Source: Ostrea edulis
Taxonomy: Eukaryota
Direction: 5' to 3'
NCBI RefSeq assembly: GCF_947568905.1
Contig: NC_079173.1
Span: 11,284,001 to 11,348,000, forward strand
DNA: 64,000 bases
Shown here: in pieces, positions 51,201 to 60,643 of the stretch
How positions within the stretch are numbered: position 1 is the first letter of the stretch
Layout: each line of letters opens with the position of its first letter
Notes under the pieces: model-generated
The model's database searches: none
What the model was told of the DNA's origin: nothing
What the model saw: only the letters and a program-made list of their open reading frames with translations
Program-made: the position numbers and the translations under genes

Positions 51201-53075
51201 GCTCATTATTTACCCATTGTTCCCATACTATAGCTCACTGTTCACTCAGGGTCAGACAAACGCTTCAGAGATTGTAGGACCAACAGTGGCTGGAATATAA
51301 CAATGATCTGTCCAAGTATGACATCATCGCCATTTTATTCCAACATTCAGTAAAACACACAAACGTAGGCTGAATGTTAATTATTGTTACACAGAGGCAC
51401 TTGATGATGAACACTAGGAAAACGTAAATTCCTAATCACTTGGCAAATGAAATTGATTTAGTGGGTTTGTGTTCAGCAAGAGCTAGGCCATTTTATTGAG
51501 ACCTGAATTCATAATAAGGACTCCATATCCAAGCATCTCCTACACAAGTGTCTGTTATGCTTACTATGAAGGTCTGGCAGGGACTACACTGAAGTCCAAC
51601 AAAAATCCACAGCCATCCATTTATATAAATTGATGCATACTGTCTTAGGCTTGATATACACCTTAGTGATGGATCCAAAGGAGAGTGAGTCTTTCAAGTC
51701 CCCCCCCCCCTCTCTCCCTTTTCAACCTGTTATATCTGCATTTTTACACAGCATGCTTTTAAACAGGACATTGTTTTGAAAGTCCTACAATTTTTGCAGC
51801 TTCAACTTTCATGCCTCTCACCTAACAGTGCTAACAACCTTTTAGTTACACTTATAACAGGTGAAAAGTTTGACAATCAAAGCTTGATACGCAGGGTTGT
51901 CACTACGACATAAAATACACAGAACTGGGGCCCTTTATACTCTTTATATCACTAGCACATCATTTAGGTAGCCGGGAATTTTCGACACGTTAGGCTGGGA
52001 ACATCATCTGCTCTCGGATCTTTGAAATAAAAATGTCCTAATTTCTGATTTTCAGAAGCTTCTGGGCTTTCCCCTAACCTGAGGGCTTGAAAAACCTTGC
52101 TGAACCTTCTACCTTTATAAATTTCATGACCTGCTACGGAGCTACTGTCATTTAAACAATAAAATACTTTTTTTCTTATATCATCAGGTGGTGAAGGTAG
52201 CAAGCATTACACAAAAAATTCATAACTCGCATTATGTAAATCAATTCGCTGTAAGAATGAATTCATTATATTAAGTATGTAAACTGTAACCGTGTTTTAC
52301 TGTAAACATGAATTCATTATAAGTGTGTTCACTGTAACCGTGTTTTACTGTAAACAGGAATTCATTATAAGTGTGTTCACTGTAACTGTGTTTTACAGTA
52401 AACATGAATTCATTATAAGTGTGTTCACTGTAACCGTGTTTTACTGTAAATATTAATTCATTATAAGTGTGTTTACTGTAACCGTGTTTTACTGTAAATG
52501 TGAATTCATTATAAGTGTGTTTACTGTAACCGTGTTTTACTGTAAATGTGAATTCATTATAAGTGTGTTCAATGTAACCGTGTTTTACTGTAAGTGTGTA
52601 TTCATTATAAGTGTGTTCACTGTAACCGTGTTTTAATGTAAACATGAATTCATTATAAGTGTGTTCACTATAACCGTGTTTTACTGTAAACATGAATTCA
52701 TTATAAGTGTTCACTGTAACCGTGTTTCACTGTAAACATGAATTCATTATAAGTGTGTTCACTGTAACCGTGTTTTACTGTAAACATGAATTCATTAGAA
52801 GTGTGTTCACTGTAACCGTGTTTTACTGTAAACATGAATTCATTATAAGTGTGTTCACTGTAATCGTGTTTTACTGTAAGCATGAATTCATTAGAAGTGT
52901 GTTCGCTGTAACCGTGTTTTACTGTGCATATTTTTATCCGGTATACAGCTCAATGCTTTAATATAAAATCTACAGAACTCCACAGTTCAATACTTACCCT
53001 GCTGCCGAGAAAACGGGCCTCGAGTAACTCTTGTTTCCGTGGATCAAGGCTCTGTAGGTTGACATTGCTTTCCAT
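20547..53075 (-). CDS. TLK: Tousled-like serine/threonine kinase, 19 coding exons, ~705 aa (2118 nt)
   Basis: All exons joined with GT-AG and matching phases. Signature motifs: [20 protein letters not shown], coiled coils, [30 protein letters not shown]. Extra minor exons cannot be excluded. Confidence 0.95.
20711..21151. mobile_element. hAT-family MITE
   Basis: TIR TAGGGCTGAAACGAT / ATCGTTTCAGCCCTA (near-perfect); perfect 8-bp TSD CAAAAAGT at 20703-20710 and 21152-21159. Confidence 0.9.
21689..21830. mobile_element. Small inverted-repeat element (MITE-like)
   Basis: 17-bp perfect IR TCTCGTTTGTTATTTGC / GCAAATAACAAACGAGA; no clear TSD. Confidence 0.55.
21952..22803. mobile_element. Helentron/HINE-like element (different subfamily)
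   Basis: ACAAGAGGCCTACAGGGGTC..GTCACCTGAG start; ...TCAAGTGACCTAAAA end. Confidence 0.6.
24333..24534. mobile_element. PIF/Harbinger-like MITE family B
   Basis: TIR GGGCCCATTTTACAAAA / TTTTGTAAAATACACCC; CAG TSD at 24330-24332 and 24535-24537. Second copy 42005-42222, also with a CAG TSD. Confidence 0.8.
24541..24770 (-). repeat. 60-bp tandem array duplicating the 3' end and donor site of TLK exon 18
   Basis: Four aligned 60-nt rows; donors GG|GTATGT follow exon-end positions 24710, 24650 and 24590. Confidence 0.95.
24710..24813 (-). CDS. TLK: TLK coding exon 18
   Basis: [34 protein letters not shown] |GTATGT, phase 0-2. Confidence 0.92.
25333..25440 (-). CDS. TLK: TLK coding exon 17
   Basis: [36 protein letters not shown]. 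Confidence 0.95.
25672..25883 (-). mobile_element. Short-head SINE-like element
   Basis: Shares body with the tRNA SINE but starts CCCGTGGG...GGGTTAGAATAGGTCCTCAGTACCCCTTGCTTG. Other copies at 32934-33196 (-), 53538-53792 (-) and 61499-61760 (+). Confidence 0.75.
27243..27541. mobile_element. TA-flanked MITE with internal 42-bp repeats
   Basis: TACTGCATACAGGG ... CCGTATATACAGTA; AACTGTCTGCAAGTGTAGAAAGGCGAAAAT x3. Confidence 0.6.
27670..27781 (-). CDS. TLK: TLK coding exon 16
   Basis: [37 protein letters not shown]. Confidence 0.96.
27975..28110 (-). CDS. TLK: TLK coding exon 15
   Basis: [27 protein letters not shown]...TSQGAGTY. Confidence 0.96.
28430..28760. repeat. ~39-bp tandem array immediately after the TLK exon 14 donor
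   Basis: CACACTTAAGGCATTCGTCCCTCACTACCCCC unit, ~8 copies. Confidence 0.9.
28767..28936 (-). CDS. TLK: TLK coding exon 14
   Basis: [19 protein letters not shown]...[12 protein letters not shown]. Confidence 0.96.
28985..29165. repeat. ~27-32-bp tandem array in TLK intron 13
   Basis: ACATGACAACAGTTAAGTTTG(G/T)GTTG unit, ~6 copies. Confidence 0.9.
29193..29282 (-). CDS. TLK: TLK coding exon 13
   Basis: [29 protein letters not shown]. Confidence 0.95.
29754..29845 (-). CDS. TLK: TLK coding exon 12
   Basis: [30 protein letters not shown] (catalytic Lys). Confidence 0.95.
29956..30272. mobile_element. TTAA-flanked Kolobok-like MITE containing a tRNA-like segment
   Basis: TTAA|GGAGGTA...TACCTCC|TTAA; A-box at 30064-30075, B-box at 30108-30116. 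Inverted second copy at 56499-56808. Confidence 0.75.
30340..30421 (-). CDS. TLK: TLK coding exon 11 (Gly-rich loop)
   Basis: [27 protein letters not shown]. Confidence 0.95.
30926..31248 (-). mobile_element. tRNA-headed SINE, full length
   Basis: Reverse complement shows A-box, GGGTTCGAATCCC B-box, shared body and (CAAT)n tail. Confidence 0.8.
31769..31933 (-). CDS. TLK: TLK coding exon 10
   Basis: [16 protein letters not shown]...[19 protein letters not shown]. Confidence 0.95.
32082..32216 (-). CDS. TLK: TLK coding exon 9
   Basis: [24 protein letters not shown]...GGEK, phase 2-2. Confidence 0.92.
32544..34696. mobile_element. Helentron/HINE-like element with internal ~110-150 bp tandem array and a nested SINE
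   Basis: Terminal hairpin AGCTCTTCTGAGTCGAA..TTCGGCTCAGAAGAGCT + AAAA; repeats with GATGCATCAACTGACAAAGTTTGAT; SINE at 32934-33196. Confidence 0.7.
34851..34987 (-). CDS. TLK: TLK coding exon 8
   Basis: [45 protein letters not shown], phase 0-2. Confidence 0.93.
35760..36255. repeat. 31-bp tandem array ~30 nt into TLK intron 7
   Basis: CTTGTTCATGAGGTAATATTCCTACCCATAC, ~16 copies. Confidence 0.95.
36285..36416 (-). CDS. TLK: TLK coding exon 7
   Basis: QNEELRRQV...KSLLIEK |GTAAGA, coiled coil. Confidence 0.92.
36938..37722 (-). repeat. 52-bp tandem array duplicating the 3' end and donor site of TLK exon 6
   Basis: CGG|GTAAGA recurs every 52 nt from 37691 to 36963 (15 donors). Confidence 0.97.
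37693..37851 (-). CDS. TLK: TLK coding exon 6
   Basis: GYTVPSPG...[26 protein letters not shown] |GTAAGA. Confidence 0.88.
38638..38715 (-). CDS. TLK: TLK coding exon 5
   Basis: [26 protein letters not shown] |GTAAGT, phase 0-0. Confidence 0.78.
38958..39983. repeat. 22/26-bp minisatellite (~1 kb)
   Basis: GTAGTGTTACAGAGTACTGTCTG(TCTG)(G/T)GT, ~43 units. Confidence 0.97.
40260..40487. mobile_element. TA-flanked MITE
   Basis: TACTGTAAACCAAC ... GTCAGTTTACAATA imperfect TIRs. Confidence 0.5.
41190..41248 (-). CDS. TLK: TLK coding exon 4
   Basis: [19 protein letters not shown] |GTAAGC, phase 1-0. Confidence 0.88.
42709..44168. mobile_element. Helentron/HINE-like element, same family as 17311-18568
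   Basis: AACAAGAGGCCCATGGGCCACATCGCTCAC start; colinear homology. Confidence 0.7.
44681..45411 (+). mobile_element. Internally deleted piggyBac element with transposase N-terminal ORF (44948-45352)
   Basis: TTAA|CCCATAGGCTGC ... GCAGTAGGCTAAGGG|TTAA. ORF has an acidic N-terminus and the [24 protein letters not shown] motif typical of PGBD transposases; DDD core absent. Confidence 0.85.
45707..45800 (-). CDS. TLK: TLK coding exon 3
   Basis: [31 protein letters not shown] |GTGAGT, phase 0-1. Confidence 0.88.
46173..46247 (-). CDS. TLK: TLK coding exon 2
   Basis: TTTCAG| [25 protein letters not shown] |GTAAGG, phase 0-0. Confidence 0.75.
46900..47240. repeat. ~22-bp degenerate minisatellite
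   Basis: CTGATTTCTCATTTATCTCAGA variants. Confidence 0.85.
48358..48525. other. Assembly gap (N run) next to a purine-rich low-complexity tract
   Basis: 168 N. Confidence 1.
50438..51015. mobile_element. Fold-back non-autonomous DNA transposon (AcademH- or Mutator-like)
   Basis: ~240-bp inverted arms (50438-50675, 50777-51015), TA...TA termini, perfect 9-bp TSD GAGGAGGGG at 50429-50437 and 51016-51024. Confidence 0.88.
52245..52926. repeat. 48-bp tandem array, probably an amplified MITE terminus
   Basis: CTGTAAACATGAATTCATTATAAGTGTGTTCACTGTAACCGTGTTTTA, ~14 copies, ending ~70 nt from the TLK exon 1 donor. Confidence 0.92.
52998..53075 (-). CDS. TLK: TLK coding exon 1
   Basis: [26 protein letters not shown] |GTAAGT; probable acceptor at 53087-53088. 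Confidence 0.9.
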
Positions 53076-53077
53076 AA

Positions 53078-53335
53078 CGACTAAGCCTAAAAATATACAC
53101 ATATAGTAAGTATATATTAAACAACTAAACCTAAAAATATACACATATAGTAAGTATATACTAAACGACTAAACCTAAAAATATACACATATAGTAAGTA
53201 TATACTAAACGACTAAGCCTAAAAATATACACATATAGTAAGTATATACTAAACGACTAAGCCTAAAAATATACACATATAGTAAGTATATACTAAACAA
53301 CTAAACCTAAAAATATACACATATCATAATAAGTA
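53078..53335 (-). repeat. 44-bp tandem array duplicating the acceptor region of TLK coding exon 1
   Basis: - strand unit TTAGTATATACTTACTATATGTGTATATTTTTAG|G(C/T)TTAGT(C/T)GT; AG at 53087, 53131, 53175, 53219, 53263 and 53307. Confidence 0.93.
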
Positions 53336-54270
53336 TACATTAAAACACCGAGAAATTAATTATTAATTTAATATCTACACAGGTAAATATCTGCATACAC
53401 AAGTACACTGTACATGTACTATACCATATAATCATATACATATAATCTGGCCCCCTAAAGATCTTAAATCTAAAAAAAAAAAAGTTTACTTTAAATTGAT
53501 GAAGGGTATATATACATGTACGAAAATCTTTTATAAATTGATTGATTGATTGTAGTTTGTTTAATGTCCCTCTCAATAATCTTTCACTCATATGGAGACC
53601 ACTGCTGGTCAAAGGTTGCAAAATGCTCGGTGTTTACGGCCTTTGAGCAGGGAGGGATCTTAAATATCGTGCCACATCTGCTGTGACACGAGGCCTCAAT
53701 TTTTGTGGTCTCATCCAAAAGACCACCCCATTTAGTCGCCTCTAAAGACAAGCAAGTGGTACTGAGGACCTATTCTAACCCGGATCCCCACAGAAGTATA
53801 AACATATACACATTATTTTCAGAGAATTGCTTGTAAACCTAAGATATGGTGACCCCATAAATGTTAGGAGCATTCTCCGAGATCAGCAGAATGTAATACA
53901 GAGGTGAAAATTTTTACCATGCTCAGCTATATTGTCGAGATATCTGATCTGTTTAAGTGCATGTATATACACATTACACGGCTCAGCTTATTGATAAATA
54001 GGACTATCACCTACACACAGGCATCACGATACACATTAAGAATACAACACCTAATAAATGACACATCCTAATCTATGTACCTAACTAAAGTTGAAGTCTC
54101 CAATTTAGGAGCAACAGATTCTTCATACGAATGTCTACTAAATAAGTAGTACTGAGGCAGAGAGAGGCACAGGATATCTAAGATAACAGTACACGTACAG
54201 GGATGTGACTGAATTCCTCAGAGATCAGAGGGAAAACTGGTCAAAAAGGGAGGAAAACACTTCACCCTAC

Positions 54271-54355
54271 CTGGAAAAATATCATTTTCTGCCACTTTAG
54301 ATCAAATCCAGAGTGTTTCATTTTTTCGAAAATTGAGCAAATCAGAGGATTTCCT
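54271..54355 (-). other. Candidate upstream (5' UTR or alternative) TLK exon
   Basis: TTTTTTCTTCTTTTCAG| 85 nt |GTAGGG; splice signals only. Confidence 0.35.
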
Positions 54356-56498
54356 CTGAAAAGAAGAAAAAACCCACCCCTGCATGTCACTCCAGCCACT
54401 CTTTTATCATGTAGCTATCCATGAAATATAATCAATGATTCTTTTTCTACTTCTCAAGGAAATTGTTCACACTGTATCTCTCCCTTATTCTTATCAAAAC
54501 AGGTATATACATCAGTAAGAATATAATTATAACAAAATTTGGGTCGACTTTCTATTCTTGTAACAAGTATTGACATGTAATGCTTGTTATTACATGGCAG
54601 AAATACTGAACCTGAGGATTAAACATTCACTACATCATATAGAAGATGAACAGCTGAGACTAATGAATGGGTTTACATGTGTCAGTCAGATAGGTCTCGT
54701 CCTTCATGTTCATGATGAAGAGTGGAAAACAACCGAAAAGTAATTCATTTAAAACAATCATACTGGAATATTTACATTTCAAAATGTTTTTGCCTTCGAT
54801 AAAACTAAAAGAATTGAATTATTTATAATGATTGCCATTTCCTCATGAATGTGAACAATGTGGGTATGAACATTGATAAATATAGTAGGACTATTTTCAA
54901 CGGCTGAAAATTCTCCCACGAAATGAAAATAGAATGTAAATATGGGTTATAATTTCATTTTTAAAAATATACATGAGGGTATGAACAGCAATGCTTCACG
55001 CCAGCGTACTTTTCATGGAGCACTAACATGTATATTTCAAAAATAAAATTTATTTCTTAATGTCCACTGACCAGTGATGTAATCCAAAAGGTCAAATCTA
55101 TACTACTGATACTGCAACATTGACCAGTGGTCATCTCAAATTCCAACAGGTACTCCCCTTACATCATGTTTCAGAAAAAGCACAAGGTTTATCTGTGAAA
55201 CACAGTCCCCAACCCATCCCTGGAACAAAATCCTATGGTGCGCGCAGCACAATGTAACTGACCTTTGACCTCCATGCAAATCCTTGAACTAACAAGAAAC
55301 CTTGACCTTCCCATGGACTAAACCACCCAACCTCCATTTCATATGACTTAAATTTTCCCCTCCCTCATCTAAGGCCAAGGAGACAGAAAACCAAAACTGC
55401 ATACCGTCACTCAGCGAGGAAGGCGGGGGTGGGTATAACTAAATAAAAACATTTTATTGTATTTGTTACAGGACAGCGACACCACAAACATGCTCAAAAT
55501 GAGAATTATCATATCAAAAAGGGTTTAATCAAAAGATCAATATTCCGACAATATGCGGTTAATAAGCCAGGATCACTGTTTCTACTATTGGTAGCCAGCT
55601 GTGAAGCGTGCACGGACATACGTTCTATTACTTGTAATATAATTACTGTATACAGTATATATGTACCCTCCAAGTAAACGATCTTTATTCAGGATATATT
55701 TTAATTCCATTAACACAAGGTATTCTGCTCAATCCTTTTCCCTGTAGCATTTCTAAATGATAACCAACACAAATGACGACTGGAACTATGTAATTTAGCA
55801 AAGTAAAATCAGTTTAGATATCAAGGAGAAGTATCCACACTCTAAGAACTTAAAACATTAGTAAAATAGGGTATTTGGTAAAAGTGCTTTTCAATGACCT
55901 TGTCCTAAAGTTAGCATTTGACCTTTAAACTTAAATCAAAAGGAATTGAGATATTGTGCAAAACTGCATCCCTGCAAGCATCACACAAACTGGTCACAAA
56001 ACACAAATTTTGTACACAAATATTTCCTCTGCTGAGGCCTTGACCGGTGACTAGCAACCCTGTATAAGACATTTAGATAAGAGAGATTTAAATCTTGCCA
56101 AGCTGCAGAAATAGAAATTGACCCCATTCTCAATTAAAAATACAGCACATTTTCTCCAAAATTTAACTTCAAATTCCATAATTCATATTTGATAAGTTGC
56201 ATGCACATTTAAATTACAACTTCCTTAGGATTTTAAATCCTGTTTGAAGTGAGGTGAAGGTCAGTTTGAAATTTATAAAGCAGTTCTTGTGATCTCTGTT
56301 AAGTGTTACATAAACAGGGAACCAGATTAATAGTATTCACATGTTATACAAGTATCAATAGTACTAAGTGCAAAATCCTTGTTTCATTTGGTGCTTACAT
56401 GTTACAACATTTGTTAGACTTCAAACATCTCCCCACCAAATCCCAAATTTACCACTTAAATGTTCCCAAATTAAAATGTAATGGGGCCCCTGTATTAA

Positions 56499-56808
56499 GG
56501 AGGAATGCCACACCAGAGAAATTTGACGTGGATGAAAAGTGGAGGATATGTACAACAATATTTTTTGAAATTGAAAACTTTAAAATTTACTCTATTTAGT
56601 CTAAAAATGCAGTTTTAGTCGAAAGCAATCTGAATTTTTTTTTAAAAATCCCTGCAGGACTCGAACACACGATCTACAGTTCAGCACGCAGTCTACGTGC
56701 TAACCTACTGAGCTACTAAATGAATAGATAAATATTGCTAATATTCATATTTTCATCCATGTTTTAAAAGGAAATCAGCCATTATGACGATGTAGAGTAC
56801 CTCGATCC
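56499..56808. mobile_element. Second copy (inverted) of the TTAA Kolobok-like MITE
   Basis: TTAA at 56495-56498 and 56809-56812; colinear with 29956-30272. Confidence 0.75.
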
Positions 56809-57009
56809 TTAAAGAAAAAGTATATTCTGCCCCGTCTTATACAAACTGACAAATGGAACATGCCTGAGTTCCACAGGCTACGTACATCACGATACAATAC
56901 GCATCATAATATGAACATGCGATGTGATATATATACAATAAAGTTTTCATGACTGTAATTACTTGATTTTTTTTTTAGTTTTCTGTTGTTTATTTAATAG
57001 TTGTAGTTA

Positions 57010-57848
57010 GGCCAATCAAAATTAATTCATAGATCATCATCCCCGCCCGCCCCTCAAAAAAGGACCCACCCCGATTTTTTTGTTTTTGCTAAAATTACGA
57101 TTTCAAACAAACTTGCTTCCCAGTGACATGAGTGAATGATGAAAATCACAGAATGTTGGTTTTATATCTTCTACCAAGGATTCTTTGAATGTTAACCTGA
57201 TCAACACTTTGTGTGATGCTTTTTGTCAATAATTTTTTTTTTCTCGGGAAATAAAAATTAAAAAATCCTCCCATCCGCCCCATATTTTTTTTGTGACCCG
57301 GTATGATAATCTACTAATTAAGTTGAATTAGCCTTAATAACCTTATCTATTAGATTCAACCAGGAATTTAGTTAAGGCCAATTCGACTTAATTGATAGAT
57401 TATCATTCCCGCCCGCCCCAAATTTTTTTATTTTGTGAAACTTGTGATTTCCGGAAAATTTTCATTTCCGACTCCGGTATTTACACTTCTTGTTTACATT
57501 TCCAGTATAGCAACATGAAAAGCCACATGAAAAAAATTGATATGTTTTTCTTAATTTCTCATGTTCTTTTGGGCGTAAATGAAAGGAAATTGGGATTAAT
57601 GTTCTTCATATCTTGAAGAAGTTTTGTATGTTTTTGTGTTTGAAATTGAAGCTTAACCTTGAATTCGTCTGTGAAATAAGCATAGATTGATATCCATCTG
57701 GCATTAAATGATGCACTTTTGTTGACAAAAACTCGTTTGTCATTAATATTTATCTCAGAAAATAAAAATTAAAAAATAAAATCCTCTCATCTGCGCCATA
57801 ATTTTTGGTGACCCTGGATGATAATCTACTAATTAAGTTGAATTGGCC
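57010..57848. mobile_element. Two adjacent Tourist/Harbinger-like MITEs (57010-57333 and 57376-57848)
   Basis: GGCCAATT..ACTTAATT..AGAT termini; TSDs TTA/TTA and TAA/TAA. Confidence 0.75.
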
Positions 57849-58171
57849 TAAGAATTAATACATGTATATCACTAAGAATTTGGTTCAATAAACATTACCA
57901 GTAATTCGGTTTAATGCATATTATCAGGATTTCAGTCTCCAGTAAACTTCAAATCACGCCTCTCATTTCTTTTCTTTCAGTTCCGTGGTCTTGGTAACAA
58001 TTCAGTCCACAAATAGTAGTTTATGAAAACTGGGTCTTCTAGTGCTGGACTAAGAAGGTTTGGTGGTCTTTGTTCTCGTTCCTTGAAAATGAAGATTTGA
58101 AAAAAAAAAAGTAAGTGATTGAATTTGCTTCGAGTATACTTAGAAAAACTGAGGTTTCCTGAAACATTTTT

Positions 58172-58486
58172 ATGACCCTGAAGTATAATACTATACGAAA
58201 TAGTGAACAAATGCTAAATGATTTGGGAAGAAATGGTTTTGATTGGGGAAGAAACACTAAAAGGTTTGAATGGAATGGTTCTAAAGAAAATTTAGCATTT
58301 TTTTTAAAAATGAAGACTAGAACACTTGAAAATGGAGAACAGCCACTTTGGATCGGGAATGGAATTCTTTACGATGGAAACCAATGGTTAGGCCTATACA
58401 CTTCAAATGCTGTTTTTCAGACTCTCTCCACACATTTTACATATACTGACATTGTGAGAACAAAAAGAGATATTTTCCCTGCTTAA
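58172..58486 (+). CDS. Hypothetical 104-aa orphan ORF
   Basis: ATG start, non-repetitive, AATAAA ~50 nt after the stop; no recognisable homology. Confidence 0.2.
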   Translation: MTLKYNTIRNSEQMLNDLGRNGFDWGRNTKRFEWNGSKENLAFFLKMKTRTLENGEQPLWIGNGILYDGNQWLGLYTSNAVFQTLSTHFTYTDIVRTKRDIFPA

Positions 58487-58712
58487 ATTAAAGTTTTACC
58501 AATTAGTTTACCCGAAACAATTGAACAGGGATAGAAATAAATTAAATACATGTACAGTTTTCTGAGCGGAACGAAAGTTTACAAATCAATAAATCCGAAA
58601 ACGCATATGTATTCATATGCGCCCGAAAACAAATAACGTAGTGCAGAGAAACTATTCAAATTCTTGTAATCAGTGAATGAATTGGAATTACAAGAATCTG
58701 ACAAGCATTCTT

Positions 58713-58850
58713 TCTGAAGAAATTATCAATGTGTAAATTTAACTCTGCATGGACATTTTACTCACAAACTTAACATAAACGTGCTGTGCACTTTAATTTA
58801 TTTAGTTTGTGAGTAAAATGTCCGGAGTTTACACATCGATAAATTCTTCA
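58713..58850. mobile_element. Palindromic hairpin MITE
   Basis: GGACATTTTACTCACAAACT / AGTTTGTGAGTAAAATGTCC arms plus outer imperfect arms. Confidence 0.6.
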
Positions 58851-60643
58851 AAAAGAATGTTTAATCCTATACTATTTCTTAAATTAAAAATGTTTGGGAT
58901 ATGTATTTAAACAATGTAGTGGAAACATGAACGTGAATGGAACAGTGGAGGGACCCGGTGATAGCTTATTGAGAAGTGATTTTTATAATTGACAATTTCT
59001 TTATGTCCCAATGTTGGGTTGTGTGACAGGTTTTACAGCACTGAGTGGAGCTGTCAGCTGGCCTGGAGGTTATAAAATCTTGCTCAGAGTTGCACTCCAG
59101 ACAAACATGGCCGAGTTTGAGTATGAGTACAGTAAACATTTTATAATCTCCAGGCCTGGTTATGGGGAATTTAAAACAAGCAAAACGTGGTTACAGCGAA
59201 CCTACAGGGCCAGCGAAAAACAGTTCATAATAACAAAACTCTGTTACAGCTAATGAAGTTTCGGGTACTTTTCTCTCATTGGGAAATAAATAGCACTTTG
59301 CAATATCATATAAGCATCTTCTTGTCTTCTTTATATTATGAACCTATTATTGTATCTCATGTTAATGTTTCCAGACATTTTACTTTGAAAATAAAATACG
59401 CAAAATAACCTTCATTCTATAAATGCTATAGATCTGATAATTTTTCATGTTTATTTGAAAACTCAAAATAACTATGAAAGTCGTTTACTGATTTATATAC
59501 AATTTGCATATTTCTTAAGGTACTATATATATTCTGCGCAATATCATTTTGAACGTCAAAACAGGGACAGTTTATAGTGCTGAGAAAAAACCCCGAAGAA
59601 AATGTAATAAACAGAAAATTCATTGTTTTTGTTGTTAATTATAGAATGTATTTCACACGCGAGACAGGACTTTCTCATATTTTCACTCCTGGTTCATACT
59701 TGTTAAAATATAAAAAAAAAATCCTGTCTCACTTGTGATATAAATTCTACATCCAAGAAAAAAACATTGAATATCCAATATATAAATATATACACATGTT
59801 AAATACACTGTATTAACATACTGAAACGCGAAAAAAATGCATTCAATTCTAAATATACACCAAATAAACTATTCTTTAACTACATGTGAAGTGCTCGAGC
59901 TTATACAATATATTTAACTTTGTGCTTTTCTACTACTAGAACCATGATAAAATGCCTTTTATCATTATCAGTTTAAATTGCCAACTGCCTTTTTCTCCTT
60001 TGAAGTTCCAATGCATTAATTTCCCCACAACTTACAACTGGATGTAAATTTCTCAGTTCATGCAAACTGAAAGGTCAATGGGTGGAGATTATGGAAATCA
60101 ACATGATGACATATCGGCCTTGTGTATTTCAATTTCTAATATAAATATATGGTGTTTGTTGTGTAGGTGAACTACAACAAAAAGCTGATAATTTATGCAT
60201 AATGGCTCTGTTGACTTATACAAATGATGTTATAATCACCTCCCATATTCGACAAACTAGACAGTGATTCCTTATACGTATTAAAGTCTTATGCAGTACC
60301 TTCAATGCTTATCAATATTTCAGAAATAAAAAAAAAACTATCCTTCTTGTCAAATCAAATTTATGATTATTTTTTTTTCTTTTCAAATTCGAAGTAGACT
60401 TTGTGGAGAAATTCAAGAAAAATAATTTAAAAAAAAAATCATGTGTCAGAATTTGGGAGATTTATCACTTTGACATCACAATGTACAAGCAGAGCTCTAT
60501 AACATCATTGCCTAATAGGAGATGCAAACATAGTTTAGTAGGCTATGATGTAATAGATAATGAAAGAATGACCACCATTAATATGATGCTGATTTCACAA
60601 CAAAGTTGCTTGAATCTACCATACTCAGTGTTCGAAATAAACC

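Noticed and set aside
52271-52883. 147-aa and 60-aa repetitive ORFs as a protein gene
   Set aside because: Explained by a 48-bp (multiple of 3) unit; intronic, with no unique coding flank.
46248-52997. Additional TLK exons between coding exons 1 and 2 (for example near 49220-49335)
   Set aside because: No TLK-like translation, and the frame is already consistent without them. The N gap could still hide one.
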